A DNA stretch of 64,000 nt from Schizochytrium sp. TIO01 (GCA_004764695.1 SMSO01000034.1:2666001-2730000), one strand, 5' to 3'. Positions 1 through 13,782 are shown, numbered from the stretch's first letter. The notes: generated by a model not told the origin, from the sequence alone. Made by a program: numbers and translations.

Positions 1-2398
1 TGAGCAGAAGCAGAGAAATCGAGAGCACGATCTGCGCCAAGTCCCAATGCAGCAGGATTCCATGCCCCCGCCTGGTTCAGACAGCGCCGACTCCGGAATG
101 GGAGGCGTTTTGCTCCTCGGCGACTTGACGAGCGGGTCGGTCCTCTCTGAATGAGCTCCAGGGAGGCAAAGCAACCCGGTCGAAGGAGGTGCCCGTAGGC
201 TGAGGACTTCTTCTTATGCTTCTCCGCATCGTGAGACCATGGCACTGACAACCTCCATCCACACGAACCGGGTTGACCGCAGCGGGTCGCAGCGAAGGCG
301 CTCTCGGTTCGAGCCAGAAGGCTTGGCAGAGCAGCCAGCGGTGGAGACCGGGGTCCTCGCCGGGGCTGAAGCATCTTCCTCGTGCGAGAACATCATTGTG
401 CAAACTGGAGCTCCTACTTTTATGCCTCTCGCAGTCGATTCAAAGTTTCATTATTTTGATTGTGGAAATAGAGAGGAAAGAATCCATGGAAAGAAAGGAA
501 GAATCGAGTGCGAAGATCTCGGCGCTAGACGCACATTAGGCACGGCTAGGCACCACATAAAGTTGCTGTTTGTGTGCTGCGAATTGGATTCAAGAACGTC
601 AGGGATTGATTGCACAGTTGAGAAGAGTGCTTACGAGACGAGTACAACGCTCGCACAATGGCGATGATGCCAACGTTGGCTAGAGCCGAAACGAGTCCAG
701 ATGCTGTATGGGCTTGCGAGAGGGAGAAAACGAGACAGCCGAGACAACCGAGACAGCCATGGAGGAAGCTTTGATTTGTGTATAAAAGTGAGTTTGTGTT
801 TGTTGTAAAGGTGAAAAATATTAAAGCCGTGAATTAGTGGAGAGGAGAATGAGATTGGAGGTGACGGAGGAAGATGAAGTAGCTAAGCTCGAAAGAGTAC
901 GCGCAAGCTCAACCAGCGTGTCGAGCCCATAACTTATGCATTTATGCATGACGGTGACGATCTTGGTCTACAAAATCTACCTCCTGCTCTATCGAAAGTA
1001 GGTATCTCTTCATTTCGTGGAGCGCCGCTCTTGGGCTCGCAAGATTTGCAAGAACGCACAGGACCTCTGAGTCAAACAAATGAATAAGCTTGAAGAAAAG
1101 TAGAAGGTACCTACTGATTCGACGACCATGAATCTGAACCAAACGTGGCCTTAGGAATTTGATTATTGAAAACGGACAGGACACCGATGACTGCAAAAGT
1201 CTGAGCAACTTCATCTTGGAGTGCTTTAGCGAGTATATTCTAAAGTAATCTAGATTAACTAGCCAGACATGCCTATTTGTGTTTTACAATCGCTCTTTGA
1301 AACCACAAAAGTGAATCTGCAGTCCTCAAAGTTCAGTTCTGAGAGTTTACAACCCTCAGGCGGCTCGACTTTTCAGTATCAGGGTTTGGTTGATGAAGCG
1401 CATACCTATCTAACTTCCTATTATAAAAAAATAAAAATAAAAATGAGAAAAGGAATATAACATCGGGCACCTAAAGCTCCTTGAACAAGGTTCTACTAAT
1501 AAATGACTTTTGTATTTCGTTTGTTCGTTTGTTCGTTCTTTTTCTCTTCAAGTTGTCTTGTTCAACTGTTTTTGTTCTCTGAAGTGCTGCTACCTAGGTA
1601 TGACTTAGTTGAAAGGATGTTGCGAATTCTACAAGATCAAAGTTGCTCCTCTTCGAAAGTGATATAACAAAGTGCACGCATGGGTCGCATGCCCATCGGC
1701 CAAACGCTCAGTCGAATCTCGGTGTACAAGTGTGCAAATCAGTATAGATTACTTTTAAGAAGAAGAAAACACACGAACAAAGCTGTTCGTTCTACGGGAT
1801 TGCATTGTGTCATCGTGGAAATCAAGCGAAGAAGCCTGACTTTTTGGTTTCAAAACGAAGTAAGGAAATAGTCAAGCGATTCTTTAAAAATTGCCTCATC
1901 CTCAGCAATAGCAGCAGCTAAAACAAAATAAGAATGAGGTTTGTACGAAACAGTAGATTTTCCTCTGCAAAGAAGATACATCATTGGCAACTTCAACTGT
2001 TGCTTTAGCCTCATCAATAACAATTACAATAAGAATAAGAATGACAACGACAACGACAACATCAACAACATCAATAACAGGCAGAGTGCAGCCCAAAGAA
2101 AATTCACTGAGAATGCATTTGTCAATGTGCGAGACACGTAGACCTGAGCTATCTAGCGATCAAAGTTTCTGATACATTGTAGAGCCGAATGTTTAATGAG
2201 TGGTAGAGCGCAGCCTGACTATCAGCCGGCCGTTGGGTAAAGAGAAAGGAGAGACCTAATTTGCTGCTTCAAAAGATGAAGGGGGAGGGGAGTGAAAACA
2301 AAGCACACACGGATACCTTGCATCAACCAGCACGAAAGAGAGCATATATTGAGGTAGAAGAAAAAGGCAAATGAGATGATGAACGGTGTAATAGAAAT

Positions 2399-3616
2399 CT
2401 ACATGGCAAGTGATCCCTGCACAAGAGTGTTGTTGCCGCGGCGAAATGAAACAGTTCCTGATTTGCCATTGACAGCCCAGTTCTTGCTGGCAAAGCCCTT
2501 AGCGAGACGGTCAGGCGTGACACCGACCACTGCAGGCGACTTGAGAGTGCGAATGGAGAGCAAAGAACCTGGGCCCCAGTAGTTTGTCAAGTGCGCAAAC
2601 GGCATTGAAGCAGGCCAGAACCGATCACCAATAAGACGACGGTAATTTGCATCGCCCTTGGTAATGGTTAGCAAAGCATCGCCATATATAGACTCGAGAC
2701 CCGCAGGTGTTTGCCAAAAGGGCAGGGGCGAGGTATAAAAATCGTGCGCAAAAGTACGCAAGCGTCCATTGGCCTGAGCATCCTGCAAGCGCTCACCGAT
2801 CGACTGCAATTTCTCGTGTTCCGCCATACGGTTAACGTGAGTTTCAACATCATTCGGTGTGGCATCGCTCACAAAAACGGGATGGCTCTTGGCATGAAGC
2901 GAAATGCTAAGTCCAGGCAGCAAGCGCAATAAGTAATCCACCAGAATCAGGTCATTCACGAGTTCTGAGCCGCAGTTGTCTAAGATGATGATGATGCGAG
3001 GCTCTGCATTGGCATCCTCCAGCAACGGCTCAAAGTTGGCCTCCCAGCAGGCCGCAATATCATCGATAATCACTTCTCTATCGAGCGCCACTTCTGCCAG
3101 TTTCCCTGATGAAAACGAAAGATCCACTTGGTTTCCCCAGAGAGAGCCTAGAACGAGTTCCCTGAAGCCGGTCAGATCTTTACCGTGGTCTACAGGAGAG
3201 GTGATGCCTTCCAGAGCCTGATCGAGAGCATCCTTCTTCTGTGCCGTGAACGGGTCAAGGGCATTTTCGTCTTCAAAGTATTCGAGGTATGACAAGACAA
3301 GTCTGTAGGCGTAGTTCTCAAGGAAAAACCATTCCACATCCATGGCGTTCTTGCCAACCCTGTCCTCCATGTAGAAGCGCCAGTCGGGGCCTCCGTCATT
3401 CCCATCGATGGGCATGATATGATGCCGCTCCTGCTCTAACTCAAGCGCGAGCGCCTCAACTTTGGCGCGACCAGCATCTTGAATTGAGGGATGCCGCGCC
3501 ACCATGTCGCGCAGGATGCTTGGCAGACGCTCTACAACGCTCCGCCGGACGAAGTCGTTGCGGGTACGGCCCGTCAGAGCCACGGGGAGAGGCGGAACAT
3601 GAGCGTCTCCGCGCAT
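2399..3616 (-). CDS. ARMT1: Damage-control metal-dependent phosphatase, ARMT1/DUF89 family
   Basis: 405-aa ORF with DUF89 motifs WFFLENYAYR, LWGNQVDLS, IILDNCGSELVNDL, HPVFVSDAT, KGDANYRRL and RTLKS. Confidence 0.9.
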   Translation of the reverse strand: MRGDAHVPPLPVALTGRTRNDFVRRSVVERLPSILRDMVARHPSIQDAGRAKVEALALELEQERHHIMPIDGNDGGPDWRFYMEDRVGKNAMDVEWFFLENYAYRLVLSYLEYFEDENALDPFTAQKKDALDQALEGITSPVDHGKDLTGFRELVLGSLWGNQVDLSFSSGKLAEVALDREVIIDDIAACWEANFEPLLEDANAEPRIIIILDNCGSELVNDLILVDYLLRLLPGLSISLHAKSHPVFVSDATPNDVETHVNRMAEHEKLQSIGERLQDAQANGRLRTFAHDFYTSPLPFWQTPAGLESIYGDALLTITKGDANYRRLIGDRFWPASMPFAHLTNYWGPGSLLSIRTLKSPAVVGVTPDRLAKGFASKNWAVNGKSGTVSFRRGNNTLVQGSLAM

Positions 3617-6600
3617 GGTGATGGACTATGAGAGTAGACTTAAGCAATTGACCGCAATCGCAAGTAGCGCACGATGTCGTCCTCATTCTCAAGATAATCC
3701 ATCATCTCTCTCTATTATAGGTTTTAGCTATCTGACTATTAGTAACGACCTCTCCCATACTGTTATGTGACATAAATATCTCTAACTGTAGATCAAGGAA
3801 AGCTACATTCTTGGCTTCCACCGACGACATATGTTCTTCACTCATTCGGACAATTCCTAACTATGATACCGATAGGCGCGGGTGTGTAGAATGGGCTTTA
3901 TGAATTAAGATGAAGAATCTGATAGGGACTTTTGGAATGTACTTTCCAACTCCGCCATGGCTCGAAATTTTTCGTTCTCGGTACTTTATGTAGCAGAGGC
4001 TAGAACACATTCTTCGTATCTGTTATTATTAAAAAATGATTACAGTCGTCAGAAAACGAAATATAATTGCTAGCCTGCAAGAAGAATGCATATCCTCCTT
4101 AATTGACGGCAATAGCATCTATTGAGAGTCATATATTCAATAGGATCTAATGACTCTTAGAATAACGAAATTGGGCTTGTAATGTTATTGCATGCAGTTT
4201 TTTTTTAAAACTACATGTACCAACTAAGATATGCATCTCTTTGAGGTAAGAATGGCCGAGGAATAGTAACTTGAAAATCTGCAGAAACAAACGAAAGGTG
4301 CATGTTTGAGCAATGAAATCACAGACACCAGAGTGCTAAGAAATAACCAGTCAATTATCTAGATAGGACTATGAAAATAAAGAGTATAGTAACCATGTCT
4401 CTAGCATAATTCTGTTAGGGTATGCTACTGGAATTGTTTGACTTAACTCCAAAAGTATCGCTTTTGTTCACGACTAGAGGCGAACGAGTATTTTCAATTT
4501 TTGAAAGCATGACCGCGACCTCTTCCAAGTAATGAATGACTTGTATATTCTTCCGCGGAAGCTAAAACAATGTTCGTAGTACTATTTTGATCTACAATAT
4601 CACCCTCACCAGTCGGAAGCTTTTCCTATCAGTCTTTTCACTCAATGTAAAGCTGAAAGTTAACCTATAGACACTATAGCAACTTTTGGTGTCCAACACT
4701 CTCAACCTAATAGTGAAGGAGTGTTCTTTGCTGATTATATGAGGTGATAGATAAGAAAGATGGTGCATGGGATTGTGAGTTTCTTGACAGTAGCAGCTAA
4801 GATATCTCGATGCCTCGGATTTGGCTCAGTACATTCTTAGGGAATTAGTTTTCAGTAGGTATCATTATGCTCTCTCTAATCCTGCTACTTCAGGTTTTGT
4901 AAAAACATGTAGTACATAGAACTACATATATTCGCTCGTAGGAGTCATATAGTAAAGAATATTCTATATTAACAGAAAGCAATATCGTGCACGATATACG
5001 CATGCTAAATGAAAAGCCATGCCTGGTTTTGTAAGTGTCAGTAGAAATTTGTTGCTTTTCTCAACAAGAGCCTTGGCTCATTGAGACTGGTAAGAGTTAT
5101 TTGAAGCTCAGACTTAATTTATATTCGAGTGGCTCTCAAGCTCAAGTTCAATTTATCCATTCTTATTTTTTGTTCTTTTGAAAAAAACTAGTAGTTAGTT
5201 TACACTTGGGGAGTTCTTCTTGTACACCTTGCGTCCAACCCTGAAATGTACCAAACATAGGAATTACGATTGTAGAAAATACGCTAGATTGCATGCTATT
5301 TTTGTGTGCATGTTCACAGTAAGCAACACGGAAAGATTGTACTTTAAAGCTGGGAAGTTGATATGGAATATTTTAGGCAAGCTTGAGGTTGTGGTGGAAT
5401 CCAAACAATCTGCACCCTTGCATCTAATTTTGCTTTATGTTGAGCAAACCTGACACTGAAGAGGGTTGTTAAGAAAACTTGCTCTTGCAGCTGTTTTCAG
5501 TAATCAACTAACACCTGTTGTTGAAGGTGGCACTTGGCTACTGTGTAAACTAAGTACAGCTCTGTAAAGCTCTTCGTCCTTTTTCCCAACGAGATGACTG
5601 TGGTTGATATACCTTGACTTTATAAAAGGACACAAGTAGGTGGGCTGAGACTGCCTACAGTGTGCCTTGCTTTCCCCCTTCCTAGTTGTGATAGTTTCGG
5701 GAGCCTTCCTGTTAGCCCCCCACGCGCTAAAAAATCACACTCTCATCATAGATACATGTCATCCGTTATTCTTATATACAGTTAAATACAAGCATTGAAG
5801 CTCTTCGCAGTCTACTCTAACTATCAAGTTTCTAAAAAGAAGATACTTTAAGGGCTTAGCTAAGCATTTCACCTCGGCACTCGCAATAAACGTACAATAT
5901 ACTACGCCCATATTATACCTGTAGTAAGGATCTCACCAGACGAAAGCAATACAGCGTTACTTCAGCAGATAGGTACTAGCCGCCTAGGGTGTCTGGAGCA
6001 ATGCGGAGTACGTGGTAGTAATACGATACGACCATGGAAAGGAACAAGAATTATAATTTTGGGGCATCCTCTGCAAACCCGCTCGCCTGACAGCCTCAGT
6101 GACAGTAGGTTCTTGAAATGCCCCTCACTCGTACTATCCAGCTGAAACGTTGGGCAGGTCTACGGACTGAATGACCTCAGCACGACCGACCCAGAGAGTA
6201 CCCATTAATTAGTCCCATAATGACCCATTGTCAGGTGTTACCCTGGTATTAGAGAGTAGTATCTATTTTCTTTTGGTTGAGAGTGTTGATTTTTTTTATG
6301 ATAAACCCTTCAAGCATATTAAAGAGGAAACCTACCACCGTTTTGTTTTTTTGTGTATCGCCTTTGAACAGTTCGCACTGTCTAAAAAATGCCGTTCACA
6401 AAACACTGTTTTTGTTTCGCTCTTGGTCTACAACCATCCTCGGCACGACCACTTTATTGTGGCAATGCAGGAACTGGACATTTGCTGTTAAAAAAAATAG
6501 ATTGGTTTGCCGGGGAAGATCGTGGCCCGCTTGATCGACAAAATGGCGAAGCTCGTGCAGCTTGTGCATCGATTCTCTGCAATCTTTGTGCTCCCATGGT

Positions 6601-9436
6601 ACCCACCTTTTTATCAATAAAAAAACTAAAGTGGAAACGAGTGACCCATCTTGGGAAACCCACGATGATGAAACGAATCAATGAACCAAGCAGCAGCGGC
6701 AATCAATCAACAAGCATCCCTTCGGAAGCGCGTTGCATCGTGCCGTAGTTTCACCGCAATTTCGAGGAGTGATCTGGCCGAGGATTTCGGAGGAGATGTG
6801 AAAGTCTAACACTCAAAGTTGAGGAGGCTTTTGTGGCGTTTCCGAGGTTGTTCCGAAGTCGGCTTCGGAGCGAGAGTGGGTCGGCGGTGTACCCAGCTCG
6901 GTATGGTCGTCTGCAGGGCGATCAGTCCGCAAAGACGAATCTAGAAACGTCAAGCTAAGGGGCCCCGAAGCCGCAGCCAAACTTCGAGCAAGCGTCGGCA
7001 CGCGAGCCAAAGCCAATTCAATCTCAAAGCACTCAACTCATCGATCAAACTCTGTTGGTCAATCTGGAAGCTTTCCCTCCAAAACTATAGGTAGCAGAAG
7101 CTCATTCTTCTTCTTACTTCTTCATTCCTCTTGTTCCCCTTAGGTTGCTTTCCTCCTCTTCCTTCCACAAGCAGAGATGAAAACACCTCAAGGTTTCTTC
7201 TTTCCGGACCTGGGCCTCCTACCCTAAACCCCAAGAGTGGAGGCAGCGCCGCTAGCAGGGCCCGCCTGTCTGGCAGATGGGGATGCACCGAGGTGAGACT
7301 AACACTAATAGTATCATCGCTCACCGATCGACCACGGAGCGCCCTAAGTGAAATCCCTTAGAGGGTGCTATAGGGCAGTTAGGTTTTACGGTAGGGGTAC
7401 AGGCCTTGGTGAGAAAGACGGTGCCTCTCAACGATTATCGATTTTGTGAATGGATGAAGGAATGAATGAATGAGTTTAATTGCATCAGATCGCAACAGTT
7501 TCAAGAAAGAGCGTTTGGCTATGAAAAAGTTGTTGACATGACACATCGGTGCGCGGAGAATTGCTGAATGAGTGCACTTCAAAATGGCAATAAAACTCCG
7601 ATGCCCAGCTTTTACTGCGATCTCGCACACGAAGGTTGGTTACTTCAAGGGGAGGTTCATTTAGCTTTAGCTTTTGTTTTGTTTTTATTTGGTTATTTAT
7701 TTATTGAGAAATATCATGGATTCACAGTATCTGCTCTACAGCACTTCGACTCCAGCTTTCTGGTCCGCCTAGGACAGACCTGCATGAAATGATTTTCAGA
7801 ATACAAGGCAACGACATGATCGGTGGCATCGACTGTCATTGGCGTCAATGGCCTCGGTGTCATCGATTGCGGTGGTGCAAAAGGCAGTGGACCTCCTACC
7901 TCGATCTGCCCTCCACTCCTTTCCAAGTAATACCTAATGCATTGTAATCAATCTTCAACGACGAAAGCAAAAACTTTCAACATTCTCATTTAAAGAAATA
8001 GCTTAGTTAATTAAAAAATAAATAATAAGTATAATCATAATAATAACTGATAGCTTGAAATACTAGTATATTATTCAATACAAATTTGAAAGAATCAAAT
8101 CAGAACCCCTAACGCTCACTACTTTCTCTCTATAGGAGTACTCTTAGCCGATTGAAAGGGTCCATTATGGATGGCTAGAGAAAACAAAAATGCAGAAGAA
8201 AACACTTTTTATTTCTTCTAAGTAATTAAAAAAACCACGATCAAAGGTTGGTTTCCAAGAAATAAAGTGGTAGCACTCAGGTACTTTGCAGTCTTCAGAC
8301 TTTGTTTGTTTCTGTGCCATCCACTCCAATACACTCGTGCTTTGAGGCCCGCTTTGAGGAGCGGCACAAGGACCGTCGAAGCAGCGCAACGATACGAAGT
8401 CCTGGACGCCTCGCGCTTTGGTTTGCCGGAGTGACACAGGTTTGCTCCTCCTGCTGGAGAAGATCATGAGACGCCTGTGCTGTTAAAAATTCTTGCGTCC
8501 CCTCTCTTGATACAAATCCAATGAGGAGGAGTGGTGTGATCGAGAGTGGAGAAGGAGGCTTTCAAGAAGGCCCTTCCATCTTCAAGAGCACCACGTGTTC
8601 TGCAATTCAATCATTGATTCATTGATCTATTGGTTTATTGATTCATTGATTCACTGTCGGATTGGCAACTTTGGCATTGCCGGATAACACTCAATCGTGT
8701 TGAGTCATTAGCTCGTCAGTCTTCGTCGCGTATCTTGGCCTCACATTGCACTCCCTCGATGTTCAAAGCAATTGATTTACTTTTGTTAGTAAGTAGATCG
8801 TGACGGATTGCTAAAATTGTCACATGTGCGACTCCGTGATGTTCTTCTATCTGATGATGTACGTGCCACGTGTGGAAGAGGCAGAATGAGCTTGCAACAA
8901 TAAGCGTATCGCAAGAAAGACGCTCCTGTGGAGAGCTTAGAAAACACGAGGTGGCAACAGGTGACAGCGAAGTATTCTTCTTCTGGCCAAGAAAAGAGAC
9001 TTCAATTTCTGTTTGTTTTGTTTTTGTTTCCTTTCTCGCAAGAATGAAAGAACTTGAAAGAAAGTAAATGGAAAAAAGGAAATCGCCAAAAAGGAAACCG
9101 AGAGATTGCAGCATAGGCATTTCGTTAAGAGGTACAATAGTAGTTCCCTTTAGTCTAGAGCAGAAAAGAAAATGTTGATTTACAGTAAAAGAAAAAGAAA
9201 AAGTTTTATGTGTGACAGTATGTGGTCACTGCGAAAGAATGAAGTAAATAAGGAGAATAGGGAGAGATTGCGCAGCATCTGAGCAAAACCTTAACTGATC
9301 CTCTCAGACAGCGCTTTCTCCAAAGCGGTGTCGAGCGGAAGGAAGGACAGCCAGAAGAGTCTCTCCTCTTCTGCGTCCTCGTCTATCTCTCCTATCCTTG
9401 AGAACGGAGCAGTTTCCTTTCTTGAAATAAGCCAAA

Positions 9437-11626
9437 ATGGCGTTCTCCTCCCTCAGCAATGCGCGGAGACTCGCCAAGGTGCAGCACGCCCTTGTGCCTC
9501 GCCTTTCCCACGCCCAGCGTGTGGTCTTCTTCAGCGCCGCTGCCTCTGGCAAGCCCCGCACTCTTTTTGAGAAGATCTGGGATGACCACGTCATTGACAC
9601 CCAGGACGATGGTACCTGCCTCATTGGTATCGATCGTATGATGATCCACGAGGTCACCTCTCCCCAGGCCTTCGAGGGTCTTCGTATGGCCGGTCGCTCT
9701 ATTCGCCACCCCGAGCGTCTCCTCTGTACCCCTGACCATAACGTGCCCACCGGTAAGGGCCGCAGCCAGGGCCAGCTCGGTGAGTCTCCCGAGTCCCTCC
9801 TGCAGGTGTCCACTCTTGACGACAACGCCAAGCACTACAAGCTTCCCTACTTCGCTCTCAGCGACAAGCGCCAGGGTATTGTGCACGTTGTTGCTCTCGA
9901 GCAGGGATTCACTCTGCCCGGATGCACCATGGTTTGTGGTGACTCCCATACATCCACCCACGGTGCCTTCGGATCTCTTGCCTTCGGCATTGGTACCTCC
10001 GAGGTTGAGCACGTGCTTGCCACGCAGACCCTCATCCAGCGCCCTGCCAAGAGCATGCGCATCACAGTCAACGGTCAGCTTCCGTTTGGTGTGACCTCCA
10101 AGGACGTTATCCTCCACATCATCGGTGTCATCGGTACTGCCGGAGGCAACGGACACGTTGTCGAGTACGCTGGTGAGGCCATCCGTGGCCTGTCCATGGA
10201 GGCTCGCGCCACCCTCTGTAACATGAGTATCGAGCAGGGATCCCGTGCAGGACTTGTGGCACCCGATGAGGTTACCTTCAGATACCTCAAGGGACGCCCT
10301 ATGGCCCCCAAGGGAGAGGTATGGGACAAGGCTGTTGAGTACTGGCGCACCCTCCCTTCGGATGAGGGTGCCACCTACGACAAGGAGATCGTGATCGAGG
10401 CCGCAGAAATTGCCCCCCAGGTCACCTGGGGAACCAACCCCGAGATGGTTGCCCCCATCCACGGTATGGTTCCGGACCCCGAATTGGCAGAGACTGAGGA
10501 CAAGCGCAACGCCATGAAGCGCGCTCTTGAGTACATGGGCCTCGAGGCCAACACCCCGCTCGATGGCGTCCAGGTTGACAAGATCTTCGTCGGATCTTGT
10601 ACCAACGGACGTATTGAGGATCTTCGTGCCGTCGCTGACGTCGTCAAGGGCAAGAAGGTTGCTGAAAACATCAAGCACGCTATGATTGTCCCTGGCTCTG
10701 GTCTCGTTAAGCAGATGGCTATTGATGAGGGCCTTGACAAGATCTTCCTCGACGCTGGATTTGACTTCCGTGAGGCTGGCTGCTCCATGTGCCTTGGTAT
10801 GAACGCTGACCAGCTTGAGCCTGGTGAACGTTGTGCCTCCACCAGCAACCGTAACTTCGAGGGACGCCAGGGACCCCGTGGCCGCACCCACTTGGTCAGC
10901 CCTGCCATGGCCGCCGCCGCTGCCATCACTGGTCGTCTCACCGATGTTCGCAAGATCATGAAGCCCCCTGGCCAGGCCCGCGCCTTCTCCAGCACCCCTG
11001 CTGCCAAGACCCAGGCCGCTGGTATGGAGCCCTTCACCGTTCTTGAGGGTGTTGCTGCCCCTCTCCCGAGACCCAACATTGACACCGATATCATCATTCC
11101 TGCTCGCTTCCTTAAGACCATCAAGCGCTCTGGACTTGGCAAGCACGCCTTCTCTGCTCTCCGTTACACCGATGGTGACAAGATCGAGGACCCCGACTTC
11201 GTGTTGAACAAGGACCAGTACAGACAGTCAAAGGTCCTTGTGGCCGGAGACAACTTTGGCTGCGGATCTTCCCGTGAGCACGCTCCCTGGAGTCTTCTCG
11301 ACATGGGCCTCCGCTGCATCATCTCCACCTCCTTCAGTGATATCTTCTTCAACAACTGCTTTAAGAACGGTATCCTCCCCATCGTTCTTCCCCAGAAGGA
11401 TGTTGACACCCTCATGCAGGCCGCTAAGAACGTCGAGAACTTCAAGGTTGACCTTGAGGCTCAGACTATCACCTGCGCTGGTGGCGCCAAGATCAACTTC
11501 GAGGTTGACCCTTTCCGCAAGCACTGCCTTCTCAACGGCCTCGATGACATCGGCCTCACCTTGCAAAAGGAGGATGCCATCAAGGCTTACGAGGAGCGCC
11601 TCTCCCGTGAGCGCCCTTGGATCTAA
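9437..11626 (+). CDS. LEU1: 3-isopropylmalate dehydratase, fused large (LeuC) and small (LeuD) subunits, with N-terminal mitochondrial presequence
   Basis: 729 aa. LeuC motifs [55 protein letters not shown]. LeuD motifs [34 protein letters not shown]. Strongly biased codon usage. Confidence 0.97.
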   Translation: MAFSSLSNARRLAKVQHALVPRLSHAQRVVFFSAAASGKPRTLFEKIWDDHVIDTQDDGTCLIGIDRMMIHEVTSPQAFEGLRMAGRSIRHPERLLCTPDHNVPTGKGRSQGQLGESPESLLQVSTLDDNAKHYKLPYFALSDKRQGIVHVVALEQGFTLPGCTMVCGDSHTSTHGAFGSLAFGIGTSEVEHVLATQTLIQRPAKSMRITVNGQLPFGVTSKDVILHIIGVIGTAGGNGHVVEYAGEAIRGLSMEARATLCNMSIEQGSRAGLVAPDEVTFRYLKGRPMAPKGEVWDKAVEYWRTLPSDEGATYDKEIVIEAAEIAPQVTWGTNPEMVAPIHGMVPDPELAETEDKRNAMKRALEYMGLEANTPLDGVQVDKIFVGSCTNGRIEDLRAVADVVKGKKVAENIKHAMIVPGSGLVKQMAIDEGLDKIFLDAGFDFREAGCSMCLGMNADQLEPGERCASTSNRNFEGRQGPRGRTHLVSPAMAAAAAITGRLTDVRKIMKPPGQARAFSSTPAAKTQAAGMEPFTVLEGVAAPLPRPNIDTDIIIPARFLKTIKRSGLGKHAFSALRYTDGDKIEDPDFVLNKDQYRQSKVLVAGDNFGCGSSREHAPWSLLDMGLRCIISTSFSDIFFNNCFKNGILPIVLPQKDVDTLMQAAKNVENFKVDLEAQTITCAGGAKINFEVDPFRKHCLLNGLDDIGLTLQKEDAIKAYEERLSRERPWI

Positions 11627-12632
11627 ACCCACCAAGCGAAGCCTCAAACCTTCTTGATCAAAACATTTCGAATGCCCTGATCTGCTTTGTTGTGGCGGTT
11701 TAATTATATTTGTCGGCCTCTGGTGTGCAAGATTGTACACGCACAAGGACATATGCCACCTATCCCCCACAATCATGCAATGCACCACGGTGTTTTCTTG
11801 TTGTACCATGGCATTGACAACCAATTCAAATGAATTTGCCTGGGCTACAACTTCAACAAAAAAACGATACCACATCTACTCCTCCGTTTTCCAACTTTAA
11901 CACGAGTGAGAGCGGCGGTACGCTTTGCTCGCTGCATTTATTATTCGTCAGTCCTGTTTGTTACCTTTTTCTTTCGCATTACAAACAAGCTAACTAGAAA
12001 GAATGACTTTCCAATGTGCCAGATTTTTTTCCCTGCCTGTCCATCATTACTATGGTGAGATTACCTTGATCTTGTCAAATTATCCCTTCTTGAGAAATCC
12101 AAGTGCTCTACTGTGTTCAGAGGCTATTCCTTGTATGAATCTCTTGAACTAAATAAGATTTAAAGTCAATATATATGAATGATATAGCTAGCTTCCTTCA
12201 AGTCATGAACTTGCTTTGTTTTTATACTTCCTCGCAGTCAATTCCAAAGTATTTGTGCTTTTTCCACTTACCTTGTAATTAGCATTAGTCTATCTAGCTA
12301 GCCAATAGTTCTAGCTGCTAGGACCTAGTGTTATATCTACTAATTGGTAAGAAGTAGGTACATACTACTCTACCTGCTACTTACTTACTAAGTAAGTATT
12401 ATGTACATAAGGTCTAATATGTTTAACTTCAACGGTCGTCTGTCTTTACTTATAGGGCGAGGAAAACATCAAGAACAACAACAACAACAACATTGGTGCC
12501 AGCCGTATTCTGTCTTTGTGCGCAAGCAATTGCCATTGTGTGCATTCCATTGTGAACGTCGGCGTTGATAGAAGACACAAACTGTATTTGAGCAGCTGGA
12601 AATAGTCTTGCGTAAAACACACAGCAGAAACC

Positions 12633-13168
12633 ATGGAGGAACCCACTGGCGGTGCACGGGTCATTCGCATCTTGCAGCCCACTTATGAGACAGACCCTGT
12701 GTTGGACGGGAGGTTTACGAAAAACTCTGTTGAGGAAATTTGCACTCCTGTGGTTCGAGAATACCTTCAGGGCAAGCGCTGGAGCGCAGACAAAGATGTC
12801 AATACAGACATGTCACAGTCCGTGACGAACTTGGTAATGGAGAAAATTAGGGAACTTAACCTGTCCAGGTACAAGGTTATTGTGCAGACTAACCTCGGCG
12901 AGAATCGAGATCAGACAGTACGAGTAATGTCACACTGTCTTTGGGAGTCAAGCCTTGACAGCTCAGCAGAAATCAACTTTCAGTCGGTAAGTCAGAGATT
13001 GTGATCATGTTAAATATAATGAATTCTGTTTGCAAGGCATGGGCAGAGCAGAAATAGAATATGTATACTCACATGCCAGCCCTGAATATTGTAATCTTCT
13101 TTTTGTTCATAAATTTACAGGAGTCTTTGTGGTGCTCTGTGGTCGTAATTGGCATGTATGTGCACTAA
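12633..13168 (+). CDS. Tctex-1 family dynein light chain (TCTEX1D2-like), 2 exons: 12633-12986 and 13121-13168
   Basis: Tctex-1 motifs LSRYKVIVQ..LGE and VRVMSHCLW. A GTAAGT donor at 12987 and TTTACAG acceptor ending 13120 splice in frame to give ...INFQS|ESLWCSVVVIGMYVH*, the typical Tctex C-terminal strand. Confidence 0.88.
12987..13120 (+). other. Spliceosomal intron (134 nt, phase 0) in the Tctex-1 gene
   Basis: GTAAGT...pyrimidine-rich tract...ACAG. Removing it restores the conserved C-terminus. Confidence 0.85.
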
Positions 13169-13782
13169 ACGCAAGCCAACGCAGCGTTGTTAATACGCAT
13201 CTACGCAAACCAAGAAGCGGTAAAGCAAGTTTAAGGTGATAAATTTCGGTCTCCCTATTGTATACGTATGCGCACCGGCAAGATTCTCAAATAAGACTAA
13301 AAGAATATAGTAGAAAAAACATTTAAAAAGATAAGAATGTGAGTTGACTTGTACATCTACGGAGCTCTTCGTGATGAGGCAACACAGTCATTAAAGTAAA
13401 CTATTCGTTTGAGGCGTGGGAAAGGAGTGAACTCCGTACAATGAAGCTTGCGAAGAATGGCTTCAGTCGCCCAAAAGGGTGGTGCAACGCATCCGTTGTT
13501 TCGTTTTGAGTTGCAAGTATTATAAGGTGCAGCGCCGAAAAAACCGACTTCAGGTACATCGAATTATATCTGAAGACTCTGTCTCGTGTAAGTAAAATGC
13601 AAACTGGCATGAGGAGAGGAAAGTTCACAGGGGTCCATCGGTTTATCAAATACCCTGGAATGGAAAACTCAAATAGTGCAGATGGCAATCTAGAAAACAG
13701 TTGTCTCCAGTTTGCTACATACATATCGTGCCTCATTCCCTGCTAGGCGTATAGCTATCGAAATTTTTCGGATACTACGAAA

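Noticed and set aside
1-667. GC-rich segment with several overlapping short ORFs at the window start
   Set aside because: No frame gives a recognisable protein. It may be the edge of a gene or UTR extending outside the window, but strand and frame cannot be supported.
6228-8467. Possible transposon with terminal repeats
   Set aside because: Only weak, short inverted similarity; no transposase or RT ORF, LTR pair or target-site duplication could be established.
8701-8707. TGAGTCA (GCN4/AP-1-like site) upstream of LEU1
   Set aside because: A 7-mer expected several times by chance in 64 kb; it also occurs at unrelated positions in this window.
9392-11146. 584-aa antisense ORF over LEU1
   Set aside because: Codon-aligned shadow of a highly biased gene that avoids TTA/CTA/TCA; no recognisable motifs.
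12633-13004. Unspliced 123-aa version of the Tctex-1 ORF
   Set aside because: It reads into the intron; the spliced model restores the conserved C-terminal strand.
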